Below, in pieces: positions 43,551-54,280 of a DNA stretch of 64,000 nucleotides (position 1 is its first letter; every line of letters begins with the position of its first letter). The notes beneath the pieces were generated by a model. That model worked only from the letters and a program-made list of their open reading frames with translations, made no database searches and was not told the DNA's origin. Made by a program: the position numbers and the translations under genes. Source of the stretch: Patescibacteria group bacterium (GTDB lineage: Bacteria; Patescibacteriota; Saccharimonadia; UBA4664; SCTI01). Where the stretch lies: contig SCTI01000002.1 in the NCBI GenBank assembly GCA_004297735.1, forward strand, positions 64,160 to 128,159. The letters run 5' to 3'.

Positions 43551-43843
43551 TTACGATTCGTTTGACGAGCGATGTATGGTTACAAATTCATGTTTCCACC
43601 CATCACTCATTGGTTGGTATTGCATCTGTTTATGATCGTAAAAATTCATAAACAGTACCCAAAACAATTACATGGGAAGTAATTGTTTCGTCTTAAAATT
43701 CATTTAATTTTCAAAAAACAACTCCGCGGTTTGTACCTCGCGGAGCCCACATTCAAACAGACAAATTTACCTAGCCCGAGAACGTGCCTCCGTTAGTGCT
43801 GGTTAATTGTCTACTCATATATGAGCTCCAATAGTCGAAATTA

Positions 43844-43872
43844 AGAGTACCAAAATAACCAGGTGGTGTAAA
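43844..43872 (-). promoter_or_regulatory. Promoter for the 23S-5S unit
   Basis: TTTACA-17-TACTCT with TG extension. Confidence 0.6.
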
Positions 43873-43960
43873 GAGGTTAATTGTGACAAAAATAACAACG
43901 CCCCTCGCAGGTATTTACAACACTACGAGTGACGCTGAAATGTCGGGATAAATTAAGCGA

Positions 43961-44290
43961 CTAAGCGGCGTCGCGCTGTTCAGCGGCAGGCTGTTCGGGC
44001 GAGGCTTGAGCGGCCTTAGCGGCGGCAGCAGCTTCAACTCGAGCCCGTGCCTCCTCGAGGTTAGCTGGAGCTGAGGCAGTCTCGGCAGCTACCTGCGTAA
44101 GAGCCTCATCGCGTTCGATGGTGCGCAAAGTTTCATTTGTGCTATCCATTACACGACGACCTTCTAGCTTGGCCTCCGCCAACTCACCGTTTGCCTCCTT
44201 AAGGGCATCACGATGAAACAGATTCCCAATTCGATTGAGGAATCCACCTTTTTCTTGCTCTTGCGGGGCTGGATTTTCTGGTCCTGGCAT
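43961..44290 (-). CDS. Hypothetical Ala/Glu-rich helical protein
   Basis: 109-aa ORF, TATAAT and AAGG upstream. Confidence 0.65.
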   Translation of the reverse strand: MPGPENPAPQEQEKGGFLNRIGNLFHRDALKEANGELAEAKLEGRRVMDSTNETLRTIERDEALTQVAAETASAPANLEEARARVEAAAAAKAAQASPEQPAAEQRDAA

Positions 44291-44397
44291 GTTTTTGTTT
44301 TTCCTTAATGGTAACCCTATTATACCTGATGAAAGCGCTTATGTAAATACAACAAAGCCGCCGGTTAGGGCGGCTTTGTTTGAGCGTTAGACGCTAC

Positions 44398-44607
44398 TTA
44401 AGCGGCTGGTGCTTCGCCTTCTGCTGGTGCAGGTTCAGCGGGTGCCTCAGGCGCAGAAGCTGGCTCTTCAACCGGGGCTTCCGGAGCTGGAGCGGGTGCT
44501 TCTGGCGCAGGAGCAGCCTCAGGAGCATCTACTACTGGCTCAGCAGCTGGCGCATCGGTGACCGGTACGTCGGTTGCTGGTACGGCTGGAGTGTTTTCTT
44601 CTTGCAT
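44398..44607 (-). CDS. Acidic Pro/Ala/Glu low-complexity peptide
   Basis: 69-aa ORF with APE/APA repeats; terminator hairpin at 44351-44380. Confidence 0.6.
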   Translation of the reverse strand: MQEENTPAVPATDVPVTDAPAAEPVVDAPEAAPAPEAPAPAPEAPVEEPASAPEAPAEPAPAEGEAPAA

Positions 44608-44781
44608 ACTACCTGATTCCTATTTAGGTTTTGTTTGGTACCTCTCTATTATTTCACGTCACCCAGCATAAGCACAATAGTGAGTTGGTTTGAATGATTA
44701 CGCTTATGCATGCATATAGCTGTTATGCATAGTATTATTACCCGGTACGCCGTGTACGTCCCTACCCAAGGAGAGTCCACT

Positions 44782-45117
44782 GTGACCACCGCCACCGCAC
44801 CGATCATCTCGGTTACACCGGGTCGTTCACTGGCCCAGCGCATGGACGCGCTGCAGAAGGCCAACGAGATCCGTACTCGTCGTGCTCAGCTCAAGCGCGA
44901 CCTCAAGGCCGGCCGAGCGTCGATCCGTGAGATCCTGCTGAACCCGCCGGTGTGGCTCGAGACCGCCAAGGTCTTCGACATGCTGCTGGCGACGCCGAAG
45001 TACGGCCGGGTCAAGGTCAACAAGATCCTGGCCCAGTGCCGCATCTCCCCCAGCAAGACGATGGGCGGTCTGTCGGAGCGCCAGCGCAGCGAGCTGGCCT
45101 CCCTACTCCGCCAGTAG
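44782..45117 (+). CDS. Actinobacterial-type integration host factor (mIHF/sIHF, H2TH) homolog 1
   Basis: QRMDALQKANEIRTRRAQLK..LK.G...KVFDMLLATPKYGRVKVNKIL..CRISPSKTMGGLSERQ; AAGGAG SD, GTG 44782. Confidence 0.88.
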   Translation: MTTATAPIISVTPGRSLAQRMDALQKANEIRTRRAQLKRDLKAGRASIREILLNPPVWLETAKVFDMLLATPKYGRVKVNKILAQCRISPSKTMGGLSERQRSELASLLRQ

Positions 45118-45256
45118 CGGCACGCTGCCCCACGCGCGGGTTCCCTCACCGGAACTCGCGCGTTTCGCTTTTAAAAGTCCTTATGCTTGAGCCGGCTTAT
45201 GGTTACTGATACTCTGCCCAGGTAGGTGTGAACATATCCATTTAGGGGGTGCTGCC

Positions 45257-45685
45257 GTGACGACGGCAACCATTACTCTGCCGCCCAGGAAGGGTGAGCA
45301 ACCGCAGCACTTGGCCGCTCTTGAGCGCGCCAACGAAGTTCGACTGGCCCGAGCCGAGCTCAAGCGCAGGATCGGCACTGGCGAGACCAACGTCAGCAGA
45401 ATTGTGCTGTCGACCCCTCCAGAAGCAGCCGGCATGACCGTGGCTGATCTGCTGATGGCGCAAAAGCGCTGGGGTCGAACTCGCACGCGCAAGTTCCTGC
45501 TCGGGATTCCGATCACCGAAACCAAGACGGTTGGGAGCCTGACCGAACGGCAGCGCAACGCCATCGCCAAGGCCCTGGAGGCTCCCACCGAGGCCTCAAC
45601 GACCACTCCGAGCCGCGAAGAGCGCATCGAGGCTTTCGCCGCTCAGATGCAGCGCTCGGGCGAGCCCGGTCGAACGGCTAGCTAA
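45257..45685 (+). CDS. Actinobacterial-type integration host factor homolog 2
   Basis: ALERANEVRLARAELKRRI..G...MTVADLL....WGRTRTRKFL..IPITETKTVGSLTERQR; own promoter TTGAGC-17-TACTCT. Confidence 0.82.
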   Translation: MTTATITLPPRKGEQPQHLAALERANEVRLARAELKRRIGTGETNVSRIVLSTPPEAAGMTVADLLMAQKRWGRTRTRKFLLGIPITETKTVGSLTERQRNAIAKALEAPTEASTTTPSREERIEAFAAQMQRSGEPGRTAS

Positions 45686-45826
45686 TCGACCAGGCCGCCT
45701 GCACACCAACGGGGCCTCATCTCACACCGGAGATGGGGCCCAAATCGACTCTACCAAGATTACGTCCTTATAAAGCCATCATATGGTTGCCAGCAGCGCC
45801 ATTTTCTGCTTAAATACTTTCGTTGT

Positions 45827-45903
45827 GGGCTTGTAGCTCAGCTGGTTAGAGCGCGTCACTGATAATGACGAGGTCGCAGGTTCGAGTCCTGCCAAGCCCA
45901 CCA
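45827..45903 (+). tRNA. tRNA-Ile (GAT)
   Basis: Cloverleaf, anticodon loop CTGATAA, GGTTCGAGTCC, encoded CCA. Confidence 0.97.
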
Positions 45904-45924
45904 TTTTTGTATCTATCCCCACTT

Positions 45925-46001
45925 GGGGCATTAGCTCAGCTGGCTAGAGCACCTGCTTTGCAAGCAGGGGGTCATCGGTTCGAATCCGATATGCTCCACC
46001 A
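45925..46001 (+). tRNA. tRNA-Ala (TGC)
   Basis: GGGGCAT acceptor stem with G3:U70, anticodon loop TTTGCAA, encoded CCA. Confidence 0.97.
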
Positions 46002-46107
46002 TTCATTATTTAAATGCTTAAGCTCTTGCTATCTTAAGCGTTTTATGTTATTATAGTGCAACTTGTTGGGGTATACGAATCCCTAACCTGAGCACACTGG
46101 AGACCCG

Positions 46108-46893
46108 ATGGTTCCTCCGTTCGTCACCAAGCTGTTCCGCAATCCGTGGCCGGAGACGGTCCCGAACGGGACCCTGATCCGCATCTTCGCCGATGCGGTC
46201 GAGCAGACCTACAGCAGCCTCGTGCCGAAGTGGCAGGAGAGCGGCGAGCTGGATCCCGAGAAGGACTCCTTCGCCGGGGTCATCCTCGATCCGACCAACC
46301 CGCGTGAGGCGACGACCATCGCCGAGCGCGTCATGATCGTGTTCGGCTGGGGGCCGGATATGGCCGACTTCGTCCCCAATGGGATGTCCAAGGCGGACTC
46401 CCAGGAGCGCTTCGGCATCCCCAACGGATGGCTGATCGAGAACGCCAGCTACTGCATCGCCGACGGCGAGTTCACATGGGGTCACTCCGCTGGCGTCGAC
46501 TACCTCATCGAGGGCATCGACGAGACCACCGTCATCTTCGACGGTGGCGGCAGCGGCTACTCCGCCGAGCAGGACAAGAAGGTCGTACAGGAAGTCGGCG
46601 AGCTGGGCCTCCTGAAGATCAAGGAGATCCGCGACGCCTGGCTGGCCGCCCGGCGTGCCGAGGAGGCCGGCCGTCGCTGGTACAACAACAGCGACACGCC
46701 CGACCCGAAGTACGCGCAGATCCTGACCATGCCGGTCATCGCGGCCATTGGCCCTGAGGAGCTGCGCGGCGGCCCCACCCCGGACTGGATGAAGTCGGCG
46801 GGCGCTGTCGTCAAGCCGACCATGGAACCGGGCATCTCCGCGTTCGGTTCGCCGACCATGGCGCCGGGCATCGCACCCAGCGGCCACTCGTAG
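46108..46893 (+). CDS. Orphan protein, 261 aa, extreme G/C-ending codon bias
   Basis: Promoter TTGCTA-17-TATTAT, GGAG SD, downstream hairpin. Confidence 0.78.
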   Translation: MVPPFVTKLFRNPWPETVPNGTLIRIFADAVEQTYSSLVPKWQESGELDPEKDSFAGVILDPTNPREATTIAERVMIVFGWGPDMADFVPNGMSKADSQERFGIPNGWLIENASYCIADGEFTWGHSAGVDYLIEGIDETTVIFDGGGSGYSAEQDKKVVQEVGELGLLKIKEIRDAWLAARRAEEAGRRWYNNSDTPDPKYAQILTMPVIAAIGPEELRGGPTPDWMKSAGAVVKPTMEPGISAFGSPTMAPGIAPSGHS

Positions 46894-47007
46894 GCCCCAG
46901 GCCTACAACGCCCTCGAAGAGGGTTTTCACAGCACTACGTTGTGGAAGCCCCTTCGGGGGCCTTTCACTTTCTTATCCCTATTACCATAAGCTGTTATAC
47001 TGCAACC

Positions 47008-47289
47008 ATGGAACTGTTTAATCAAATCCTATTCGGTGGGCTAGCTATGGCTGCCGGCGTGGCGATGGTTAAGTACAGCTTTTGGCTAACCAATCAAACC
47101 GGTAGCATCGGCACCGTTGAGCGCTACATGGGTGCCGGCTCAACCTATACCTTTTATAAAATACTGGGAATTATCGTAATTATCGGTGGCCTGTTTTACA
47201 TGACCGGCATGCTCACCCCAATTATGGAGTGGCTATTCGCTCCGCTAGCTCCAATATTTGCGCCGTTTAGGGGCCAAAACGGCTCGTAA
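47008..47289 (+). CDS. Small two-TM membrane protein
   Basis: Leaderless-type TATACT-6-ATG; hydrophobic; ERYMGAGSTY loop. Confidence 0.7.
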   Translation: MELFNQILFGGLAMAAGVAMVKYSFWLTNQTGSIGTVERYMGAGSTYTFYKILGIIVIIGGLFYMTGMLTPIMEWLFAPLAPIFAPFRGQNGS

Positions 47290-47298
47290 AGCCGTCTC

Positions 47299-47715
47299 CT
47301 ACCGGCGGCGATGGTGCCGTAATTTAACCGCATGCAGCCTGGCCAGGTTGCGCTCAACCAAGTGATGAGTGGCGCGAATATCCGACTCTTCTTTATGAGT
47401 CTCTAAGGCAGCCTTGGCCTCGGCCAACGCCTGATGCGCCCGGTGTTCATCAATGCTATCGACGTGCTCAGCGGTTTCGGCACTAACCTCAACCGTGTCG
47501 CCGTCAACCCGCAACAGCCCGCCGCCGACGGCAAAATGATCATGCTCATCAGAGTCTTTACGGGCAGTAACATGAACCACCCCCGGGCGCAGCGAAATCA
47601 CCAAGCTGGTGTGGCCCGGCATGATCGAAACATCGCCCTCAACCGTAGGCACAACCAACTCATACACCTCGCTATCGAGCAAAACTCCTTCGGGTGAAAT
47701 CAAGCGGGCTAGCAC
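47299..47715 (-). CDS. atpC: ATP synthase F1 epsilon
   Basis: ISPEG, G..SIMPGH, GGGLL; last gene in operon. Confidence 0.92.
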   Translation of the reverse strand: MLARLISPEGVLLDSEVYELVVPTVEGDVSIMPGHTSLVISLRPGVVHVTARKDSDEHDHFAVGGGLLRVDGDTVEVSAETAEHVDSIDEHRAHQALAEAKAALETHKEESDIRATHHLVERNLARLHAVKLRHHRRR

Positions 47716-47718
47716 GCC

Positions 47719-49140
<1,422 letters not shown>

Positions 49141-50034
49141 CTATGCGTCGGTTAAGGCGGCCACTCCACCACTAATCTCGGCCAGCTCTTGGGTAATGGC
49201 GGCTTGGCGGGCGGTGTTGTAGGCCAGGGTTAGTTCATCAATAAGCTCGCTGGCGTTGTCGGTAGCGTTTTGCATTGCCAGCATACGCATGGCATGCTCA
49301 CTGGCCACCGCGTTGGTAGCAGCATCAAGCAGGGCGGCCTGTGCCCAACCGGTAGCGACCGAGGTAATCGCCTCTTCGGCGGTTGGCTCAAGGGTGAGCG
49401 AGCCGGAGTCACCAGGTTTCGATTCAACGCCGTCGGTTCCGGAGTCGGCGGTCAGGGGTAACAACTCGGTGGTAGCCACCTGTTGATTGAGCGACGAGAT
49501 AAACCGCGTAGTTAGTACCATAACCGAGCTGATCTCGCCCAGACGGTAACGGTCTAGCAGACTGGCGGCCATCCCTCGGACCGCTCGCATATCTGGACTA
49601 ACGGTTAAACCGGGATACAGGCTAATCGCCTCAACCTGTTTAAGGCGATTGGTCATCTGCTCGACCTGCTGCCCAATCGCGGCCACCTCAACCTTGGTGC
49701 CCGCCAGGGTGTACTGGCGCACCAACTGGCGCAATCCGGATTCAATGCGACTTAAATAGGCGCCGGCCAGACCACGATCGCTAGCAAACACCACAATCAG
49801 CGCCGGAGCCTGCGGGTTGGGCGCCTGTGCCAACGGGTGTAAGCGCCAGTCATCGGTGGTGGCGGCTTCGGCCAAGACCCGGTTGAGCTGTTGGCGATAA
49901 ACGGTAGCCGACTGAGCCGCATTGGCAGCCGCTCGCAGCTTGCTGGCCGCCACCAACTGCATCGCTTTGGTGATCTGGCGAGTGCTGGTCACTGAGCGAA
50001 TCCGGCGCTTAATGGCAGTGGTTCCGGCAGCCAT
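49141..50034 (-). CDS. atpG: ATP synthase F1 gamma
   Basis: ITKAMQLVAASK, SDRGLAG, RQAAITQELAEI; start ATG 50034. Confidence 0.96.
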   Translation of the reverse strand: MAAGTTAIKRRIRSVTSTRQITKAMQLVAASKLRAAANAAQSATVYRQQLNRVLAEAATTDDWRLHPLAQAPNPQAPALIVVFASDRGLAGAYLSRIESGLRQLVRQYTLAGTKVEVAAIGQQVEQMTNRLKQVEAISLYPGLTVSPDMRAVRGMAASLLDRYRLGEISSVMVLTTRFISSLNQQVATTELLPLTADSGTDGVESKPGDSGSLTLEPTAEEAITSVATGWAQAALLDAATNAVASEHAMRMLAMQNATDNASELIDELTLAYNTARQAAITQELAEISGGVAALTDA

Positions 50035-50036
50035 TA

Positions 50037-51602
50037 TTAAGCCTCCGCTCCAGGTTGACGACGGTATGGTGCCAGCGCCTTGGTGGCACACTGCAACAGC
50101 TCATCGCGACTATCGGCCGACAGTTTGTCGCCCTGGTTGACCTGTTTGGTTAACTTAGCGTGGTGCTCGGTTAAATTATTGAGCGCCGCACGAATAGCGT
50201 CGGTCATATCATCCATTGAAACCTGATCAAACAGACCCTCTTCGCCAGCTAAAAGCAAGATTGACTGCTCAGCCACGCCCAGTGGGCTGTACTGCGGCTG
50301 TTTAAGGATGGCGGTCATCCGCTCACCGCGCACCAAGCGCTGCTTGGTTTCAGCATCCAGATCAGACGAAAACTGACCAAAGCTAGCGACTTCGCGGTAC
50401 TGAGCCAGATTAATTCGCAATGAACCGGCCAGCTTTTTGATAACTGGCGGCTGAGCCGCTCCACCCACCCGCGAAACACTTAATCCAACGTTAATGGCGG
50501 GGCGAGTACCCTGGTTAAACAGATCGGTATCTAAAAAGATTTGGCCGTCGGTAATACTAATCACATTGGTTGGAATGTAGGCGCTAACATCGCCGGCCTG
50601 GGTTTCAATAATTGGCAGCGCGGTCAGCGAACCACCACCCTGCTTGTCGCTCAGCTTGGCGCTGCGCTCCAGTAAGCGTGAGTGCAGGTAGAACACGTCT
50701 CCCGGGAAGGCCTCGCGACCTGGTGGACGGCGCAGTAGCAACGACAGCTGTCGGTAAGCCTGGGCGTGCTTGGTAAGGTCGTCGTAAATAATTAACGCGT
50801 CGCCCTTGTTGTCGCGGAACTCCTCGGCCATGGCGGTGGCGGCATAGGGAGCCAAATACTGCAACGCTGCCGCATCCGATGCCCCGGCCGCCACAATAAT
50901 GGTGTTATCCAGCGCGCCGGCCTGGCGCAGCTTTTCGGTCAGCTGAGCCACTCGCGACAGCTTCTGCCCAATTGCCACATACACGCTGACTACACCGCTG
51001 TCCTGCTTGGTTTGGTTGATGATAGTGTCGACAGCGATTGCGGTCTTACCGGTACCACGGTCACCAATGATCAATTGGCGCTGGCCGCGGCCAACTGGGG
51101 TAACCGCATCGATCGAAACCAAGCCGGTGGCCAAGGGCTGGTGTACCGACTGGCGGCTCATCACGTCAGGAGCCGGAGCCTCAACCGGGCGACGAGTCTT
51201 GGTTTTAATCTCACCCTTACCGTCCAGGGGCCGCCCCAGCGGATCAACCACTCGACCCAACAACGCCTTGCCGGCCGGAACTGTTAGCAGTTGATTGGTT
51301 GAGGTAACCCTCGCCCCCGCCATAATCGCTTGATCATCGCCAAGTACCACCGCGCCAACCTGATCCTGCAACAGGTTGAGCACCAAAGCCTGGACGCTGC
51401 CGGCAGCGGTCTCAATTTCAACCACCTCGCCCATCCGCTGGCTGCTCAGGCCTTCGTAGCTCACCACGCCATCACCCACCTTGAGCACTCGCCCCTCCGC
51501 CTTAAGCTCGGCCGGCGCCGAAAGTCCCTTAGCCGAATCAATAAGAGCCTGTTTGACCGCTGAAACATCGATTTTGGGGGTAGATTTTTGGGTATTAGCC
51601 AT
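50037..51602 (-). CDS. atpA: ATP synthase F1 alpha
   Basis: GDRGTGKT, RPPGREAFPGD, PAINVGLSVSRVG. Confidence 0.98.
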   Translation of the reverse strand: MANTQKSTPKIDVSAVKQALIDSAKGLSAPAELKAEGRVLKVGDGVVSYEGLSSQRMGEVVEIETAAGSVQALVLNLLQDQVGAVVLGDDQAIMAGARVTSTNQLLTVPAGKALLGRVVDPLGRPLDGKGEIKTKTRRPVEAPAPDVMSRQSVHQPLATGLVSIDAVTPVGRGQRQLIIGDRGTGKTAIAVDTIINQTKQDSGVVSVYVAIGQKLSRVAQLTEKLRQAGALDNTIIVAAGASDAAALQYLAPYAATAMAEEFRDNKGDALIIYDDLTKHAQAYRQLSLLLRRPPGREAFPGDVFYLHSRLLERSAKLSDKQGGGSLTALPIIETQAGDVSAYIPTNVISITDGQIFLDTDLFNQGTRPAINVGLSVSRVGGAAQPPVIKKLAGSLRINLAQYREVASFGQFSSDLDAETKQRLVRGERMTAILKQPQYSPLGVAEQSILLLAGEEGLFDQVSMDDMTDAIRAALNNLTEHHAKLTKQVNQGDKLSADSRDELLQCATKALAPYRRQPGAEA

Positions 51603-51990
51603 GGATTGCTCCTAGTTTAGTTAGTTTATGTTGCACGGTATCACGCACGACGTGATCACCCACACGTGCCTCAAAGCCACCAATCAGCTCCGGTTTAACC
51701 TGGTTGGTGTAGCTGTAGTGGCTGAGCCCAGCCTGCTTAGCTAGAGCGGCCGCAATCTGGTCAAGCTCGGCAGGAGCCAGCTCGTGAGCGGTGGTAATGG
51801 CAATCTCGGCCGTCTGATGCCGGCGAATAATCTCTTGCTCAATCGCCTGGACTAGCGAATCAACCTGATTACTGTAACCATTATCGGCCGCCAATTGCAT
51901 GGTAGCCGCCGCCAGCCCCTCCAGCGGCTGATGCTCCAACTGGTCTACAAACTGCGCCGCTAGCGCTCGCTTTGATAGTTTTGGTGTCAC
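51595..51990 (-). CDS. atpH: ATP synthase delta (short)
   Basis: VKPELIGG..ARVGD; position between atpF and atpA. Confidence 0.85.
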   Translation of the reverse strand: MTPKLSKRALAAQFVDQLEHQPLEGLAAATMQLAADNGYSNQVDSLVQAIEQEIIRRHQTAEIAITTAHELAPAELDQIAAALAKQAGLSHYSYTNQVKPELIGGFEARVGDHVVRDTVQHKLTKLGAIHG

Positions 51991-52514
51991 TACTTGGCCG
52001 CTCCGGTTAATGCTTTTTTAACACTAGCCGCATCAGCCTTAGGACTGATCTCGCCACGAGTGACCTCGGTGGTAGCGGTGGCAACCACCTCACCCATCTC
52101 TCTAAGCAGCTCAGCCTGCGCCTTAGCCTGCTGGGAGGCCAAATGGCGCTCACCTTGGGCGACGGCCGCCTGAGCGTTCCCACGAGCCTCCGCAACGATC
52201 TGCTTGGCCTCATGCTCGGCTTCCAAGCGGGCGTCGGCAATCAACTGCTTAGCCTCGGTCTTGGCAGCCGCCAGCACCTTGTCGCGCTCATCCTGAGCCT
52301 GGGCCGCCTCAAGCTTGGCCTGCTGAGCCTGCTGCAAACTAGCTTCAATTGCCTTACGGCGCTTTTCGAGCAGGTTGATGATTGGCGGAAAGGCATACTT
52401 TTGCAGCACCCAGTACAGGATGGCAAAGTTGATCAACTGGAAGACCAGCGCCCCCAGGTTAATCCCTAGTGCGCCCAGTCCCCCGGTACTTTCGGCTGCA
52501 AACATGAACTGCAT
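51990..52514 (-). CDS. atpF: ATP synthase Fo b subunit
   Basis: FQLINF TM followed by coiled coil. Confidence 0.92.
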   Translation of the reverse strand: MQFMFAAESTGGLGALGINLGALVFQLINFAILYWVLQKYAFPPIINLLEKRRKAIEASLQQAQQAKLEAAQAQDERDKVLAAAKTEAKQLIADARLEAEHEAKQIVAEARGNAQAAVAQGERHLASQQAKAQAELLREMGEVVATATTEVTRGEISPKADAASVKKALTGAAK

Positions 52515-52547
52515 CTTAAATTATTTTCTCCTTAAACCCCTTCATCC

Positions 52548-52775
52548 CTACAAGAACAGGATGATGAAAGCGAACAGCAAGGCAAAGATGGCTAGAGCCT
52601 CGGTAAAGGCAATACCCAAAATCATGGTCTGCTGTACCTTGCTTTGCGATTCTGGGTTACGACCGATCGCCTCGACTGCCTTAGCGGCGATTAAGCCAAT
52701 GCCGATACCCGGTCCAATCGCGCCGATGGCGATGGTTAGGCCGGCGGCTAGGTTCTTCATACTTTCTGCGTCCAT
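52548..52775 (-). CDS. atpE: ATP synthase Fo c subunit
   Basis: GPGIGIG, RNPE, FTEALAIF; AAGGAG before ATG 52775. Confidence 0.95.
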   Translation of the reverse strand: MDAESMKNLAAGLTIAIGAIGPGIGIGLIAAKAVEAIGRNPESQSKVQQTMILGIAFTEALAIFALLFAFIILFL

Positions 52776-52797
52776 TATTTTCTCCTTTAATCGTTCT

Positions 52798-53529
52798 TTA
52801 ATGAGCTGCTTCGTGGCTGGTCGACATTGCAATAAACACCATCGTCAGCATCGTGAATACCAGTGCTTGAATAAAGCCAACAAAAATCTCGAGCCCCCAA
52901 AATGGCGTGGGTCCGAGTAGCGGCAGGAGCGCCGAAATCACGATCAGAAGCACCTCTCCTGCAAAGATATTACCAAATAATCGGAAAGAGAACGAGATCA
53001 CCCGGGTAGATTCTAGAATAATCTCCTGTACACCCAGAATATTCATCATCGGATTACTCGAAAAGTACCGTCGTAGGTTGCCAATGACGCCAAGCTCCCT
53101 AATCGCGTAAACCTGGGTCAAAATCACCGAGATCAGAGCCAAGGCAATGGTGGCGCTGAGGTCGGCCGTGACCGCCCGGAACAAAGGCACCTCACCAATG
53201 GTAATGGTGTTAAAACCAGGAAGTTGGGCAAACCAGTTGTTGCCCAAAATAAATAGAAAGATTGTGGCCAAGAACGGAAAGTACTGGAGGGCTCGTTGGC
53301 GACTGCCAAACACTCCCACCATCTGGTCAAGCAGGGTTTCAATCAAGGCCTCAATCGCCCCGGCAAAGCCACCAGCTGGGTGCAGCTTAATCTGGCGGGC
53401 GGCGTACACCATGCCCCCTCCTATCAGGACCGTGGTGATCACCGCGGTCAACATAGAGTTGGTAACCACAAAAGAACCGATATGCGCTATCGGTTCAGGT
53501 GCCAAACTTACATGCATTTCGGCGGCCAT
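52798..53529 (-). CDS. atpB: ATP synthase Fo a subunit
   Basis: SFSFRLFGNIFAGE, IQALVF. Confidence 0.95.
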   Translation of the reverse strand: MAAEMHVSLAPEPIAHIGSFVVTNSMLTAVITTVLIGGGMVYAARQIKLHPAGGFAGAIEALIETLLDQMVGVFGSRQRALQYFPFLATIFLFILGNNWFAQLPGFNTITIGEVPLFRAVTADLSATIALALISVILTQVYAIRELGVIGNLRRYFSSNPMMNILGVQEIILESTRVISFSFRLFGNIFAGEVLLIVISALLPLLGPTPFWGLEIFVGFIQALVFTMLTMVFIAMSTSHEAAH

Positions 53530-53579
53530 ATGGACTCCATTACCTGGTGATTATAGCAGCTACTTGCTGTCGATGGAAT

Positions 53580-53601
53580 ATGTAGATACAATGTAGATAC
53601 A
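53580..53601. promoter_or_regulatory. Probable MazEF operator: tandem ATGTAGATACA x2
   Basis: Two abutting copies, each with the near-palindrome TGTA-GA-TACA, upstream of mazE. Confidence 0.65.
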
Positions 53602-53647
53602 ATTTACATAGGTCGAGTTAAGAATTATTTAATGTCGGGGTGCTAGC

Positions 53648-53923
53648 ATGAGATCTCAGATAACTAAATGGGGCAACAGTATGGCGGTACGCATACCAAA
53701 AGAAATCCTAGAGCAAACTGGGATCAAGGCACAGCAAACGGTCGATATCCGGGCTCAGGAGGGCGCAATCGTGATTGAACCTGCACTAAGTCGCGAGGAG
53801 CAGCTTAAACAACTGGTTGAGCAGATTACTCCTGAAAACAGGCATGAGCTGATTGACTGGGGCGAGGATGTAGGTGGGGAGATTTTGGAGCCATATGAAG
53901 GCGAAATACCAAAGTTTGACTAG
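53648..53923 (+). CDS. mazE: MazE/AbrB family antitoxin
   Basis: KWGNSMAVRIP, ITPENRH..IDWG..VG.E. Confidence 0.92.
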   Translation: MRSQITKWGNSMAVRIPKEILEQTGIKAQQTVDIRAQEGAIVIEPALSREEQLKQLVEQITPENRHELIDWGEDVGGEILEPYEGEIPKFD

Positions 53924-54242
53924 AGGCGATGTCGTTTGGGCCAACTTAAGCCCTTCCAAGGGCTCGGAGCAGCGTGGGCTCAGACCGGTTATCATACTAA
54001 CACCTACGATATATCATGCCAAAAGCGGCATAATTGTGGTTTGCCCAGTAACTTCTCGGAGTAAAGGGTACCCATTTGAGGTCCCGCTCCCCCTATCAGG
54101 CACAGTTAGGGGCGTGGCTCTGTGCGATCAGATAAGAAGCATTCATGTTACCTCAAGGGTGAAGGGATTTGCCGGTCAGGTATCGAGTAGAACCCTGGCT
54201 GAGATCGAAGAAAAGCTCAAAATATTATTGCAGTTTAGCTAG
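53895..54242 (+). CDS. mazF: MazF/PemK family endoribonuclease toxin
   Basis: RGDVVW..L.P..G.EQ.G.RP, CPVTS..KGYPFEV, DQIRSI; overlaps mazE. Confidence 0.93.
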   Translation: MKAKYQSLTRGDVVWANLSPSKGSEQRGLRPVIILTPTIYHAKSGIIVVCPVTSRSKGYPFEVPLPLSGTVRGVALCDQIRSIHVTSRVKGFAGQVSSRTLAEIEEKLKILLQFS

Positions 54243-54280
54243 GACTGAGTTCTTTAGTATTCTACTGCTATAATCACCCC

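Noticed and set aside
46051-46887. 278-aa minus-strand ORF
   Set aside because: Antisense shadow caused by the extreme GC3 bias of 46108-46893
45827-46960. Prophage or integrative element at tRNA-Ala/Ile
   Set aside because: No integrase, att duplication or phage genes in the window
53648-54242. mazEF as a novel system
   Set aside because: Ordinary type II toxin-antitoxin module with a typical operator
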